Shown here: positions 35,777 to 45,574 of the stretch, in pieces | Numbering within the stretch: position 1 is the stretch's first letter | Layout: every line of letters starts with the position of its first letter | Assembly (NCBI GenBank): GCA_031551765.1 | Contig: JAVBNC010000011.1 | Coordinates: 12,595-76,594, forward strand | DNA from: Desulfovibrionaceae bacterium | Lineage (GTDB): Bacteria > Desulfobacterota > Desulfovibrionia > Desulfovibrionales > Desulfovibrionaceae | Direction of reading: 5' to 3' | DNA length: 64,000 bases | Translations under genes and position numbers: made by a program | The notes under the pieces: generated by a model | What the model saw: only the letters and a program-made list of their open reading frames with translations | Databases searched by the model: none | Told to the model about the DNA's origin: nothing

Positions 35777-38608
35777 CTACAGCCCCATGGAGACCAGCAC
35801 CGCGGTGCAGCGGGGGCAGGCCTTGGGATGGGCGGGATTGGTGCCCAATTCCTCGCTGTAAATCCAGCAGCGTTCGCACTTTTCCCCGGCGGCCTTGCCC
35901 ACGCGGATCTTCAGGTCCTTGATTTCTTCCGCCTGCAGGGCGTCGGCCGGGGCCGCCACCAGGTCCGCCAGCTCCAGCTGGGAGACGATGAACAGCGCGC
36001 GCAGGTCCGTGCCCAGGCTTTCCAGGGTTTGGCGCAGCATGGGGTCCACGTACAGGGTCACGCGGCAGTCCAGGCCGTGGCCCACTTCCCCGGCCTTGCG
36101 CAGGGGTTCGATGGCCCGGCTGACTTCCGCGCGGGTGGCCAGCAGGGTTTCCCAGCGTTCCTTTTCCGCGTCGGGCAGGAAAAAGACCGGGGTATGGGCC
36201 TCGCGCAGGGCGAACACCGTGGACAGGCCGGGCTTGAGCGCGTCCGGCAGGTGCTGGAACACCTCTTCCGCCGTGAAGGAGAGCACCGGAGCCATGTCGT
36301 GCAGCAGCAGCAGCAAAATGTGCAGCATGGCGGTCTGGGCGGAACGGCGGTCCGCACTGTTGGCGCCGGAGGCGTAGAGCCGGTCCTTGAGAATGTCCAG
36401 GTAGAAGGCTGAAAGGTCCGTGGCGCACAGGTTGTGCAGAGTGTGGAAAACCTTGTGGAATTCAAAGGCGTCGTAGGCTTCCTGCACGCGCTGGTGGGCG
36501 CGGCTGGTCAGGTCCAGGGCGAAACGGTCCAGGGGGTCCAGCTTGTCAAAGGGCAGGGCGTCGGCCGGGCCAAAATCGCCCAGGTTGCCCAGGATGTAGC
36601 GGCAGGTGTTGCGCAGGCGGCGGTAGGCGTCCACCTGGCGGTTCATGATTTCCTGGGAGATGCGGATATCTTCGCGGTAATCCACGGAAGCCACCCACAT
36701 GCGCAGGATTTCCGCCCCGTGCTTGTTGATGATCTCTTCCGGCGCCACCACGTTGCCGACGGACTTGGACATTTTCTTGCCCTCGCCGTCCACCACGTAG
36801 CCGTGGGTGAGCACGGCCCGGTACGGCGGGATGCCGCGCGTGCCCATGCTGGCCAGGAGCGAGCTGTGGAACCAGCCGCGGTGCTGGTCCGAGCCTTCCA
36901 GGTACAGGTCCGAGGGGTAGCGGCATTCGGGACGCTGTTCCAGCACGGCCGCGAAGCTGGTGCCGGAATCAAACCACACGTCCAGGATGTCGGTTTCCTT
37001 TTTCCACTGCGCGCCGCCGCAGGAAGGGCAGGAAAGACCGGCCGGCACCACGTCCTCAAGGGCGGCTTCGAACCAGTAGTCGCAGCCCGTGGGGTGCTTG
37101 GCGAAACGCGCCGCGATATCGTAGCCCCAGGCTGTGTCGTGCCAGGCTTCCCCGCATTTTTCGCAGAGCAGGGCGATAATGGGCACGCCCCAGGTGCGCT
37201 GGCGGGAAATGCACCAGTCCGGCCGGTTTTCTATCATATTATAGATGCGCGCCTCGCCCCAGGACGGGATCCACTGCACGGAATTCTTGATGGCCTCCAG
37301 GGCGTTCTTGCGCAGGTCATTCTTGTCCATGGTGATAAACCACTGCGTGGTGGCCCGGAAGACCACCGGCTCTTTGCAGCGCCAGCAGTGGGGGTAGGAA
37401 TGGGTGATTTTGCGCTTGGCCAGCAGATTGCCCACTTCTTCCAATTTTTCGATGACTTTGGGGTTGGCCTCAAACACGCTCAGCCCGGCGAAAAATTCCA
37501 CCGTTTCCAGAAAGCGGCCCTGGTTATCCAGGGGAGAATAGATGTCCAGGCCGTAGCGCAGGCCGGTTTCATAGTCTTCGCGGCCGTGGCCGGGCGCGGT
37601 GTGCACGCAGCCCGTGCCCGCTTCCAGGGTCACGTAGTCGCCCAGCACCAGGGGGGAGAGGCGGTTATAAAAAGGATGGCGGGCCACCAGCCCTTCCAGG
37701 GCCGAGCCTTTGACCGTGCCCAGGACGGTGTGCCCTTCCCAGCCGAAGGTGGCGGCGCAGGATTCCAGCAGGCCTTCCGCCAGCACATAGAAATCGCCGC
37801 CCTGGCTGACCATGACGTAGTCGAATTCCGGGTGCAGGGCCACGGCCAGGTTGTCCGGCAGGGTCCAGGGCGTGGTGGTCCAGATGGCCGCGTAGGAGCG
37901 GGCCGGGTCCGCGGCGGGGAACAGGGAGCGCAGTTTTTCGTCCGGCAGGGGAAAGCGCACGAAAATGGAGGGGGAGGTGTGGTCTTCGTACTCCACCTCG
38001 GCCTCGGCCAGGGCGGTCTGGCAGGAACAGCACCAGTGAATGGGCTTTTTGCTGCGCACCACCGAGCCCTTGTCCATGAACGCCACCAGTTCCCTGGCCG
38101 TGGCGGCCTCGTAGGCCGGGTCCATGGATTCGTAGGGCTTGTCCCACACGCCCAGCACGCCCAGGCGCTTGAATTCTTTACGCTGGATGTCGATGTACTT
38201 GGCGGCATACTCGCGGCAGCGTTTGCGCACGGCATGGGCGGGCATGCTCTTTTTCTTTTCGCCGAGTTCATGTTCCACTTTAAGTTCAATAGGCAGGCCG
38301 TGGCAGTCCCAGCCGGGCACGTATTCCGCCCTGTAGCCCGCCATGTTGCGGGACTTGACCACCATGTCCTTAAGCACTTTGTTCAGCGCGGTGCCCAGGT
38401 GAATGTGCCCGTTGGCGTAGGGGGGGCCGTCGTGCAGCACATAGGGGCCCTTTTCGCCGCCCGCGTTGATCATGGCCTCGTAGGCGTTGTTCTGTTCCCA
38501 GGCGCGCAGGGTTTCCGGCTCGCGCTGGGTCAGGTTGGCCTTCATGGGAAAAGAGGTTTCCGGCAGGCAGAGGGTCTTTTTATACTCGGGCTTTTGGGCG
38601 TCGCTCAT
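35777..38608 (-). CDS. ileS: isoleucine--tRNA ligase
   Basis: 943 aa. HIGH-type ([13 protein letters not shown]), KMSKS, and a C-terminal CxxC...CxxC zinc finger. Confidence 0.97.
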   Translation of the reverse strand: MSDAQKPEYKKTLCLPETSFPMKANLTQREPETLRAWEQNNAYEAMINAGGEKGPYVLHDGPPYANGHIHLGTALNKVLKDMVVKSRNMAGYRAEYVPGWDCHGLPIELKVEHELGEKKKSMPAHAVRKRCREYAAKYIDIQRKEFKRLGVLGVWDKPYESMDPAYEAATARELVAFMDKGSVVRSKKPIHWCCSCQTALAEAEVEYEDHTSPSIFVRFPLPDEKLRSLFPAADPARSYAAIWTTTPWTLPDNLAVALHPEFDYVMVSQGGDFYVLAEGLLESCAATFGWEGHTVLGTVKGSALEGLVARHPFYNRLSPLVLGDYVTLEAGTGCVHTAPGHGREDYETGLRYGLDIYSPLDNQGRFLETVEFFAGLSVFEANPKVIEKLEEVGNLLAKRKITHSYPHCWRCKEPVVFRATTQWFITMDKNDLRKNALEAIKNSVQWIPSWGEARIYNMIENRPDWCISRQRTWGVPIIALLCEKCGEAWHDTAWGYDIAARFAKHPTGCDYWFEAALEDVVPAGLSCPSCGGAQWKKETDILDVWFDSGTSFAAVLEQRPECRYPSDLYLEGSDQHRGWFHSSLLASMGTRGIPPYRAVLTHGYVVDGEGKKMSKSVGNVVAPEEIINKHGAEILRMWVASVDYREDIRISQEIMNRQVDAYRRLRNTCRYILGNLGDFGPADALPFDKLDPLDRFALDLTSRAHQRVQEAYDAFEFHKVFHTLHNLCATDLSAFYLDILKDRLYASGANSADRRSAQTAMLHILLLLLHDMAPVLSFTAEEVFQHLPDALKPGLSTVFALREAHTPVFFLPDAEKERWETLLATRAEVSRAIEPLRKAGEVGHGLDCRVTLYVDPMLRQTLESLGTDLRALFIVSQLELADLVAAPADALQAEEIKDLKIRVGKAAGEKCERCWIYSEELGTNPAHPKACPRCTAVLVSMGL

Positions 38609-38702
38609 ATTATTCTCCAGAAAAGGGCGGCAAAGGGTCCGGCCGCGAACAGTGAATCACTCTCCATGCGGCAAGACGGCCGTAAAGTCAAGAATGATGC
38701 CC

Positions 38703-39572
38703 TCAGGCGCCTGTGCCGGACGGCGTTGCGGCCGCGCTCATGCGGTGCAGCTCCCAGGCCGCCATGCGCTGCACGGCCGGGGAAAAGAGCAGGCCGATAT
38801 GGCTTTCCAGGGGCGTGAGCCGCAGTTCCCAGTTGGGGGTCACCGGCACAAGGTTGCGCAGGGGCAGCACCATGGTGTCCCCGGGCGTGACCAGGGCCAC
38901 GCAGGGGATGGAGGCCGGGGGTTCCGTCTCCGCCAGCCGGGCGAAAAAGGGATTGGTGGGCAGCAGGCTTTTCCCCAGCCCGCCAATGGCGAAAGCGGCC
39001 ACCTTGCTGCCCCGCTGCGGGGCGCCCAGGGTCAACACGCCGGAAGCGCGGGCCTGGTTGCCTTCCAGGGCCAGCCAGGAACGGATGATCAGCCCGCCCA
39101 GGCTGTGCCCCATCAGCAGGGGCTTTTCGCCGGGGTACAGGCGCTCCAGCTCGCTGACGGCGTGGTCCAGCTTGGCGGGCAGCTCCTCCAGCTTGGTTCC
39201 GGCCGTGGCGTAATGCAACATGTGGATACGCCGGAAGCCCGCCTTGAGCAGGTGCCGCTTGAAGAGCACCCAGGCGGAATTGTCATGGTACAGGCCGTGC
39301 ACAAGCAGCAGCGGCGGATTTTTCTGGTCCGGGAGGCCGTCCGTGCCGGAGCCGTCCCGCAAGCGGTAGAACAGCCCCAGAGGCCGCACCAGCACGGCCA
39401 TGACCAGCCCTCTGACGGAGAGCGCCCACAGCGTCAAAAAACTGCGCGGGCCAAGGGCCGGGGCGGGGATATCCTGGTCGGGATTGTTCCCGCATTCATA
39501 CCAGTAAAGCAGGTTGGCGGCCGCAACGCCCGCGCAGAACAAGATGAGCAGTATGAGAATGAAAAAGCCCAT
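38703..39572 (-). CDS. membrane-anchored alpha/beta hydrolase (lipase/PGAP1-like)
   Basis: ATG 39572 preceded by AGGAGA. N-terminal TM segment. GHSLGG nucleophile elbow. Confidence 0.75.
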   Translation of the reverse strand: MGFFILILLILFCAGVAAANLLYWYECGNNPDQDIPAPALGPRSFLTLWALSVRGLVMAVLVRPLGLFYRLRDGSGTDGLPDQKNPPLLLVHGLYHDNSAWVLFKRHLLKAGFRRIHMLHYATAGTKLEELPAKLDHAVSELERLYPGEKPLLMGHSLGGLIIRSWLALEGNQARASGVLTLGAPQRGSKVAAFAIGGLGKSLLPTNPFFARLAETEPPASIPCVALVTPGDTMVLPLRNLVPVTPNWELRLTPLESHIGLLFSPAVQRMAAWELHRMSAAATPSGTGA

Positions 39573-39618
39573 GAATTCTCCTTGCGGGCCGTGTAGCGGA
39601 ACAAATCCGCGCACCCGC

Positions 39619-39647
39619 TTGACCTGGAACCGGGACGGACGTATCCT
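39619..39647 (+). promoter_or_regulatory. sigma-70 promoter candidate
   Basis: TTGACC-17 nt-TATCCT, about 108 nt upstream of ATG 39755. Confidence 0.35.
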
Positions 39648-39754
39648 TATCTATTAGGAAAGCCTGCCGCGCCTTCCCGGATTCAGCCGCAGGCCTCCGG
39701 GGCGCGTTGCTCCCGGAGCCGTCTCTGTATATTTTTTCAAGGTGCATCACAACC

Positions 39755-40948
39755 ATGACTTGTTTTTTTCGTCAAACACACCGTTCCCATACACGTGGCC
39801 TCCTGTTCGCGCTGCTGCTCGCCGCGGGCCTTCTGTTTTCTACCGTAAACGCCTGGGCTTCCGAAAACGGCAATATCCCGCCGGAAGCGCAAAAGGCCCT
39901 GAACGCCATTCTGGCCGCCAAGGACCCCAAGTCCCCCGCGCCAAGCGCGGCCACGCTGAACGCGCTGCTGGACTACGCCATGTCCCCGCTTTCCCCTTCC
40001 CCGGACGGCAAGGAAGTATACCCGGCCCCGCGCAGTGACGAAGGGCAGGGCATTTACTGGCGCACCACGCTCGGCGTGCCCTTGGCCACCACCCTGCGTT
40101 ACCTGTACGACCCAAAACTGCCGCAGGAAGCCGTGTACCCCGCTTCCATCCGCCGCCAGCAATGGCTGCCAGGCAGCCCCTTCCTGAAGCTCACTCCGGG
40201 GCTGTGGGATCAACTGGGCAAGAACAAAGACAAGCCCCTTGTGGTGCGCGGCACGGAAGAGGAAGAGATCACCCCGGACACCTTCAGCGGCAGCTACTAC
40301 AAATACCAGTCCGAGCGTCTGCTCATTCTCACGGAATACGAAGGCCGTCAGGCCCTGATCAGCGTGACCTGGCAGAAAGACCGCTCCGACGTGGGCAAAA
40401 AGGCCGCCGCCATAGGCGACTACCAGAACTGGGACTATGTGTATTCCGGCGCCCCCGGCATGCTCACCAAGGGCATAGGCTGGGCGGAAACCTACATGTA
40501 CAGTTCCTGCGCCGTGATGGTGCTGTATGAAGACGCGCCCGGCGGCCGGAACACCGGCTACGCCCTGTTCAAGTGGCTGCGCGCGGGCTGGGCCAGCATG
40601 AACATGGTCAAGCGCCACCACATCCAGGACGGGGCCGTGCGCTCCTTTGACGGGCTGAACGCGTTCCTCACTTCCCCGCGACGCCCCTCCGCCGACGATA
40701 TCGTGGCCTACACCGAAAGCCTGCGCAAAATGGACGTGGACGCACTGCGCAAAAAGTTCGCGCCCTACGCGGCCAAAGTGACGGAAGCCGTAGCCACCAA
40801 CGACGCGCTGAAAAGCGACGACTTCCAAAAGGTTATCAAGGACGGTGCGTACGGCGCCAGCCTGAGCAAGGACGAACTGGTGGCCGCGCTGGTGGTGAAC
40901 TACATCAAAACCAGGCTGGGCAAGCCCGTTCTGGCTCCCACGCAGTAA
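39755..40948 (+). CDS. exported protein of unknown function
   Basis: ATG 39755 gives a signal peptide (LLFALLLAAGLLFSTVNAWA). 397 aa with coding-like GC3. No family recognised. Confidence 0.65.
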   Translation: MTCFFRQTHRSHTRGLLFALLLAAGLLFSTVNAWASENGNIPPEAQKALNAILAAKDPKSPAPSAATLNALLDYAMSPLSPSPDGKEVYPAPRSDEGQGIYWRTTLGVPLATTLRYLYDPKLPQEAVYPASIRRQQWLPGSPFLKLTPGLWDQLGKNKDKPLVVRGTEEEEITPDTFSGSYYKYQSERLLILTEYEGRQALISVTWQKDRSDVGKKAAAIGDYQNWDYVYSGAPGMLTKGIGWAETYMYSSCAVMVLYEDAPGGRNTGYALFKWLRAGWASMNMVKRHHIQDGAVRSFDGLNAFLTSPRRPSADDIVAYTESLRKMDVDALRKKFAPYAAKVTEAVATNDALKSDDFQKVIKDGAYGASLSKDELVAALVVNYIKTRLGKPVLAPTQ

Positions 40949-41009
40949 AGATTCGGTTCCGGCGTCCAGGCCCTTTTGTTGTGTATTCCTGACCAGAGCC
41001 CGGTGGCCT

Positions 41010-41867
41010 ATGGCGGATTCTCCCTTCGCATCCATTCTTGAGGCGCCCCTTTTGGGGGACGAGCTGTTCGCCAAAGCCTACGAGGCGGTCAGCCCGCGGG
41101 AACGCGCCTGCTGCAAGCTGCTCATCGCCCGGCTGCACGTCTGCCTGGGCGAAGAGCGCCTGGAAGACGACACCCGCTACCTGCGCCTGCGCCAGGGCTT
41201 CAAGCTGGCCCAGAGCCGGGGCAGCGCGGACTGGACGCTGCTGCTCTGGGACGCGGCCTGCTCAAGTCCCTCGCGTATCCTGGCCGCGCTCATGCCCGCC
41301 ATACTGACCGGGGTACCCCACATCCTGGCCTGCCAGGTGGGGGACAGCCCGGAAACTCCGGCCCCGGTGCTGGCCGCCCTGGAACTGGCCGGGCAGGAAA
41401 CCGCCGCCTGCCTGACCGAGCAACAGACCCTGAATCTGGTGCGCAAGCTGGCCGGGCGCGGCACTGGCCGCCTGGCCTTGCTGGGAGACGCCCCCTGGAC
41501 TGGGGAAGTGCTGTCCGCCGCCCGCGCGGCCGGTATCCGCTCCTGGAGCGGCGGCATGCCCCGTATAGCGGTCTGCCCCAGCGCCTGCGTCCCTTCTGGT
41601 CAGCACGGCGAAAAAGAAGTGGTGCTGCAAGCCCCGGACTACGGCATGCTGCGTTTCGCCCAGCCGGACGCGGGCATCGTGCCCCTGGCCGAGCCCAAAG
41701 CGGAAGAGGGCGCGCGCTACGACTGTGTCGTTTGCGGCATGCCCAGGCTCCGGTATTGGCTTTCCCGCACCCCTCTGGTCCTGACGCCGGGGCACGAGTG
41801 GTTCTGGCGCTGGCCCGAACTGGACCGGGAATTTTTCATGCACAGCCGCTATGGCTTTGCGGATTAG
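41010..41867 (+). CDS. hypothetical cytoplasmic protein
   Basis: 285-aa ORF with coding-like codon bias. No motif recognised. Confidence 0.55.
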   Translation: MADSPFASILEAPLLGDELFAKAYEAVSPRERACCKLLIARLHVCLGEERLEDDTRYLRLRQGFKLAQSRGSADWTLLLWDAACSSPSRILAALMPAILTGVPHILACQVGDSPETPAPVLAALELAGQETAACLTEQQTLNLVRKLAGRGTGRLALLGDAPWTGEVLSAARAAGIRSWSGGMPRIAVCPSACVPSGQHGEKEVVLQAPDYGMLRFAQPDAGIVPLAEPKAEEGARYDCVVCGMPRLRYWLSRTPLVLTPGHEWFWRWPELDREFFMHSRYGFAD

Positions 41868-41876
41868 CAGGCTGGC

Positions 41877-42115
41877 TGTCGAAGCCGATTAAGAACGAAA
41901 GCAGGGCGCCGCCCTGCACCCGCCAGGGGGGTGACCCCCCTGGACCCCGCGACAGGGGTTTGGCTTCGCGCGCGGTGGGTATGTATGCGAGTGCGGACAT
42001 AGAGAGAGTTTTGCGTACCCTGTCCCGTCGTCAACACCCTGAATGGGTTCCAAGGGGCGCGCCCCTTGGCGGGTGCAGGGCAGCGCCCTGCGTTCATTCT
42101 TAGATGGCTTCGACA
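41877..42115. mobile_element. MITE-like non-autonomous element with ~54-bp terminal inverted repeats
   Basis: 41877-41930 matches the reverse complement of 42062-42115 at 47 of 54 positions (hand-aligned). Each repeat ends in its own palindrome (CCAGGGGGG-TGA-CCCCCCTGG; CCAAGGGGCGCGCCCCTTGG). No credible ORF inside. Confidence 0.7.
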
Positions 42116-42138
42116 ACTTAACCCAGCCGGGGACAGCC

Positions 42139-44166
42139 ATGGCTTCTTCTCTCGCCAATTTGCGCAACATCGGCATTATCGCCCACATTGACGCGGGCAA
42201 GACCACGCTTTCCGAGCGCATCCTTTTTTACACGGACAAGATCCACCGCATGGGGGAAGTGCACGAAGGCGCGGCCACCATGGACTTTCTGCCGGAAGAG
42301 CAGGACAGGGGCATCACCATCGCTTCCGCCTGCACCAGCTGCACCTGGAACCAGGCGGCCATCAATCTTAGTGATACGCCCGGCCATGTGGATTTCACCA
42401 TTGAGGTGGAACGCTCGCTGCGGGTGCTGGACGGGGCCGTGGGCGTGTTCTGCGCGGTTTCCGGGGTGGAACCGCAGTCGGAAACCGTGTGGCGGCAGTC
42501 GGAAAAATTTCACATCCCCAAACTGGCCTTTGTCAACAAAATGGACCGGCCGGGCGCTTCTTACGCCGCCACGCTGGACGCCATGCGCCGCCGCCTGGGC
42601 GCCAACCCCGTGCCCGTCACCATCCCCCTGGGCGAAGGGGATGAGTTTGACGGCGTGCTGGACCTGATCCACCGGGAAAGCCTGCGCTTTGACCAGGCGG
42701 ACCAGGGCCGCACCGTGCTGCGCGCCCCGTTCACGGCGGCGGAACAGGAGATGGCCGCGCCCTGGCGGGAGAATTTGCTGGAAACCCTGGCGGAATTCGA
42801 CGACGCCCTGCTGGAAATCTACCTGGCGGGCGAGGCCCCGGAACCGGCGCTGGTGCATCAAACCCTGCGCCGTGCCGTGCTGGAACGGCGCGTGGTGGCC
42901 GTGTTCGCGGGTTCCGCCCTGCGCAACGCCGGGGTGCAGCCCCTGCTGGACGGCATAGAGGCGTACCTGCCCAGCCCCCTGGACGTGCCGCCCGTGGAAG
43001 CGCACGACACGCGGGACGGCAGCGCGTGCTCCGTGGCGCCCGACGCGGGCGCGCCGCTCTGCGCCCTGGTGTTCAAGGTGTACATGGAAGGGGGGCGCAA
43101 ACTGGCGCTTTTGCGCCTCTATGCCGGAACCCTGACGGAAGGCGCGGCCTGCCGCAACGTCTCGCGTAGCGCGGACGAGCGCGCCACCCGCATTTTCCGT
43201 CTGAACGCGGGCCGCCGCGAGGCCATTGACAAGGCTTTCGCCGGGGACATCGTGGCCGCGCAGGGCCTGAAAAGCGTGCGCACAGGGGATTCCATAGCCA
43301 CGCTGGCCCGGCCCTTGCTGCTGGAAAACATCGCGGCCTACATTCCGGTCATTTCTTTGGCCCTGGAGCCGAAAAATACGGAAGAGGGCAAAAAGCTGGA
43401 CGAGGCCCTGGAACGCTTCTGCGTGGAAGACCCCACTCTGAAAGTGGAACTGGACGAGGCTTCGGGCCAGCGTCTGGTTTCGGGCATGGGCGAACTGCAC
43501 CTCGAAGTGCTGCTGGACCGCATGCGCCGGGAATGCGACCTTGCCCCGCGCGCGGGCAACCCCCAGGTGGTGCATCAGGAAAGCATAGCCCGTCCGGGCA
43601 GCGCGTCCGGGGAATTTGACCGGGAATTGGGAGAACAGCACCATTACGGGTATGTGGAGCTTTCCGTTGCGCCGTTGCCGCGCGACGAGGGCAACAGCGT
43701 CCAGGTGGCGTTCCCGCTGGAAGGCTGGCCCAAGTTCCTTTCGGAGGCCGTCACCCAGGGCGTGACCGATGCCCTGCAGTGCGGCCCCCTGGGCTACGCC
43801 GTGCAGGACGTGGCCGTGACCGTCACCAAGCTGGGCCGCAAAGAGGGCATGACCACCCCGGCGGGCTTTCGCATGGCCGCGGCCATGGCCCTGAAAAACG
43901 CGCTGCAGGAAGGCGGCCCCCTGCTGTTGGAACCGATCATGGACGTGGAACTGAACGTGCCGGAAGCCGTTGTCGGCCCGGCCATAGCCCTTTTGGGCGC
44001 GCGCGGCGGCAAGGTGGAAGAAATGCGGGACGAAGGCGGCCACAAGGTGGTGCGGGCTCTTGCGCCCATGCGGGAACTGTTCGGCTTTTCCACGGCGCTA
44101 AGGTCCGCCACCCAGGGCCGGGCCGGTCTGGTCATGCGTTTCGCCAAATTCGACAGCGCGTCCTGA
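42139..44166 (+). CDS. elongation factor G family GTPase (EF-G paralog)
   Basis: ATG 42139 (MASSLANLRNIGIIAHIDAGKTT). DTPGHVDF and NKMDR motifs; domains II-V colinear with EF-G. 675 aa. Confidence 0.9.
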   Translation: MASSLANLRNIGIIAHIDAGKTTLSERILFYTDKIHRMGEVHEGAATMDFLPEEQDRGITIASACTSCTWNQAAINLSDTPGHVDFTIEVERSLRVLDGAVGVFCAVSGVEPQSETVWRQSEKFHIPKLAFVNKMDRPGASYAATLDAMRRRLGANPVPVTIPLGEGDEFDGVLDLIHRESLRFDQADQGRTVLRAPFTAAEQEMAAPWRENLLETLAEFDDALLEIYLAGEAPEPALVHQTLRRAVLERRVVAVFAGSALRNAGVQPLLDGIEAYLPSPLDVPPVEAHDTRDGSACSVAPDAGAPLCALVFKVYMEGGRKLALLRLYAGTLTEGAACRNVSRSADERATRIFRLNAGRREAIDKAFAGDIVAAQGLKSVRTGDSIATLARPLLLENIAAYIPVISLALEPKNTEEGKKLDEALERFCVEDPTLKVELDEASGQRLVSGMGELHLEVLLDRMRRECDLAPRAGNPQVVHQESIARPGSASGEFDRELGEQHHYGYVELSVAPLPRDEGNSVQVAFPLEGWPKFLSEAVTQGVTDALQCGPLGYAVQDVAVTVTKLGRKEGMTTPAGFRMAAAMALKNALQEGGPLLLEPIMDVELNVPEAVVGPAIALLGARGGKVEEMRDEGGHKVVRALAPMRELFGFSTALRSATQGRAGLVMRFAKFDSAS

Positions 44167-44173
44167 ACACACC

Positions 44174-44992
44174 ATGCAGCGCGCCAAAAAGAGTCTCGGC
44201 CAGAATTTCCTCACGGACCGCAATATCGCGCGCAAGATCGTGGAGGCGCTGAGCATAGCCCCGGAGGACAGGGTCCTGGAAATAGGCCCCGGCCCCGGCG
44301 CGCTGACCGGCTATCTTCAGGCGGCGCACCCGGCCTGCCTCGTGCTGGCGGAAAAGGACCACTATTGGGCGGCGGAACGCCAAAAAGCGCTGCACGCGGG
44401 CGGCGTGCGCGGCGGCGTCCTGCTGACCGACGCCCTGACCCTGGCTTGGGAGCGCTTTACAGCTCCCTGGAAGTTCATCGGCAACCTCCCCTACAATGTG
44501 GCCTCCCCGCTGATGTGGGACTGCCTGAGCCGCGCCCCCGGCCTGACGCGGGCCGTGTTCATGATCCAGAAAGAAGTGGGGGAGCGCATTACGGCGGCTC
44601 CCGGCGGCAAGGCTTACGGCGCGCTTTCCGTGTGGCTGCGCTCCTTCTGCGCGCCGAAACTGGAATTCATTGTGCCGCCGCAAGTATTCAACCCCCGCCC
44701 GAAAGTAGATTCCGCCGTTCTTTCTTTTGTGCCTTTGCCTGAAGAACAGCGCCCAACTGCTTTGCAAGCGGCCGCACTGTCGGCGTTTTTGCATCGCGTT
44801 TTTCAGCAGCGGCGCAAACAATTGGGTACCATTGTGAAGGGTATGGGGCCTCAGGCATTAGAACTTTTGGAACAAGCCGGCATCTCGTCCGCATTGCGGC
44901 CGGAAGTTTTGACCCCGGAACAATTTTTAACAGTAAGCCAGAAATTTTCTTGTCTTTTAGGGCAAAGCGGCGCAGCCGTCCCGCAAAGATAA
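44174..44992 (+). CDS. rsmA: 16S rRNA (adenine1518-N6/adenine1519-N6)-dimethyltransferase
   Basis: KKSLGQNFL and VLEIGPGPGALT motifs. Confidence 0.92.
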   Translation: MQRAKKSLGQNFLTDRNIARKIVEALSIAPEDRVLEIGPGPGALTGYLQAAHPACLVLAEKDHYWAAERQKALHAGGVRGGVLLTDALTLAWERFTAPWKFIGNLPYNVASPLMWDCLSRAPGLTRAVFMIQKEVGERITAAPGGKAYGALSVWLRSFCAPKLEFIVPPQVFNPRPKVDSAVLSFVPLPEEQRPTALQAAALSAFLHRVFQQRRKQLGTIVKGMGPQALELLEQAGISSALRPEVLTPEQFLTVSQKFSCLLGQSGAAVPQR

Positions 44993-45121
44993 TTTTTCTA
45001 ATTTTGCATTGTTTCTTGACTTTAGGCGAAAAATGGGCATCAGTATGCTCCATACGGCGGAAGAAGTTCCGCGTGGACGGCCGTATTGGGAGCCGGATTC
45101 CAAAAACCATTGGGAGGATGT

Positions 45122-45400
45122 ATGACTAAAGCCGCTCTAATTGCTGAAATCGCCCGCAAGGCCAATCTTACCAAGGCTGCCGCGGAACGCGTGCTGAACG
45201 CGTTCCTGGGTTCCGTGCACAACACGCTGGTGTCCGACAAAAAGCTCACTCTCACCGGCTTTGGCACGTTTGCGGTGGAAGAGCGCAAAGCACGCAAGGG
45301 CCGGAACCCCCGCACCGGCGCCGTGCTGAAAATCCCCGCCTCCAAAGTCGTGCGTTTCCGCGCGGGCAAAGGGCTCAAAGAAGCGGTGAAGAAAAAATAA
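45122..45400 (+). CDS. HU family DNA-binding protein
   Basis: ATG 45122 after GGGAGG. GFGTFAVEERKARKGRNPRTG arm motif; 92 aa. Confidence 0.92.
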   Translation: MTKAALIAEIARKANLTKAAAERVLNAFLGSVHNTLVSDKKLTLTGFGTFAVEERKARKGRNPRTGAVLKIPASKVVRFRAGKGLKEAVKKK

Positions 45401-45420
45401 CCGCGACCATGCATGCATAT

Positions 45421-45457
45421 GGAGCCTTTCAGCCGGTCTGAAAGGCTCCGTTTTTTT
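45421..45457 (+). terminator. rho-independent terminator after HU gene
   Basis: GGAGCCTTTCAG-CCGGT-CTGAAAGGCTCC followed by G and T7. Confidence 0.85.
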
Positions 45458-45574
45458 GCAAACCCCGCGCATCCGCAGGGTTTTCTTGAAAAGCGCCCGT
45501 GAAGCGTATAGTCTCCCACGGACGCGCGCGGCTTTCCCGTGCGGCTTCGACAACATTTTTCCGGATCAGGCCAC

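Noticed and set aside
41732-42221. Track ORFs crossing the MITE-like element: 41732-42103(+), 41864-42097(-) and 41889-42221(-).
   Set aside because: They run through inverted repeats and palindromes, have no RBS, and their translations are Arg/Pro/Gly-rich. They are better explained as non-coding element sequence.
45079-45094. TGGGAGCCGGATTCCA upstream of the HU gene as a sigma-54 promoter.
   Set aside because: The essential -12 GC is replaced by CC, so the match is too weak.
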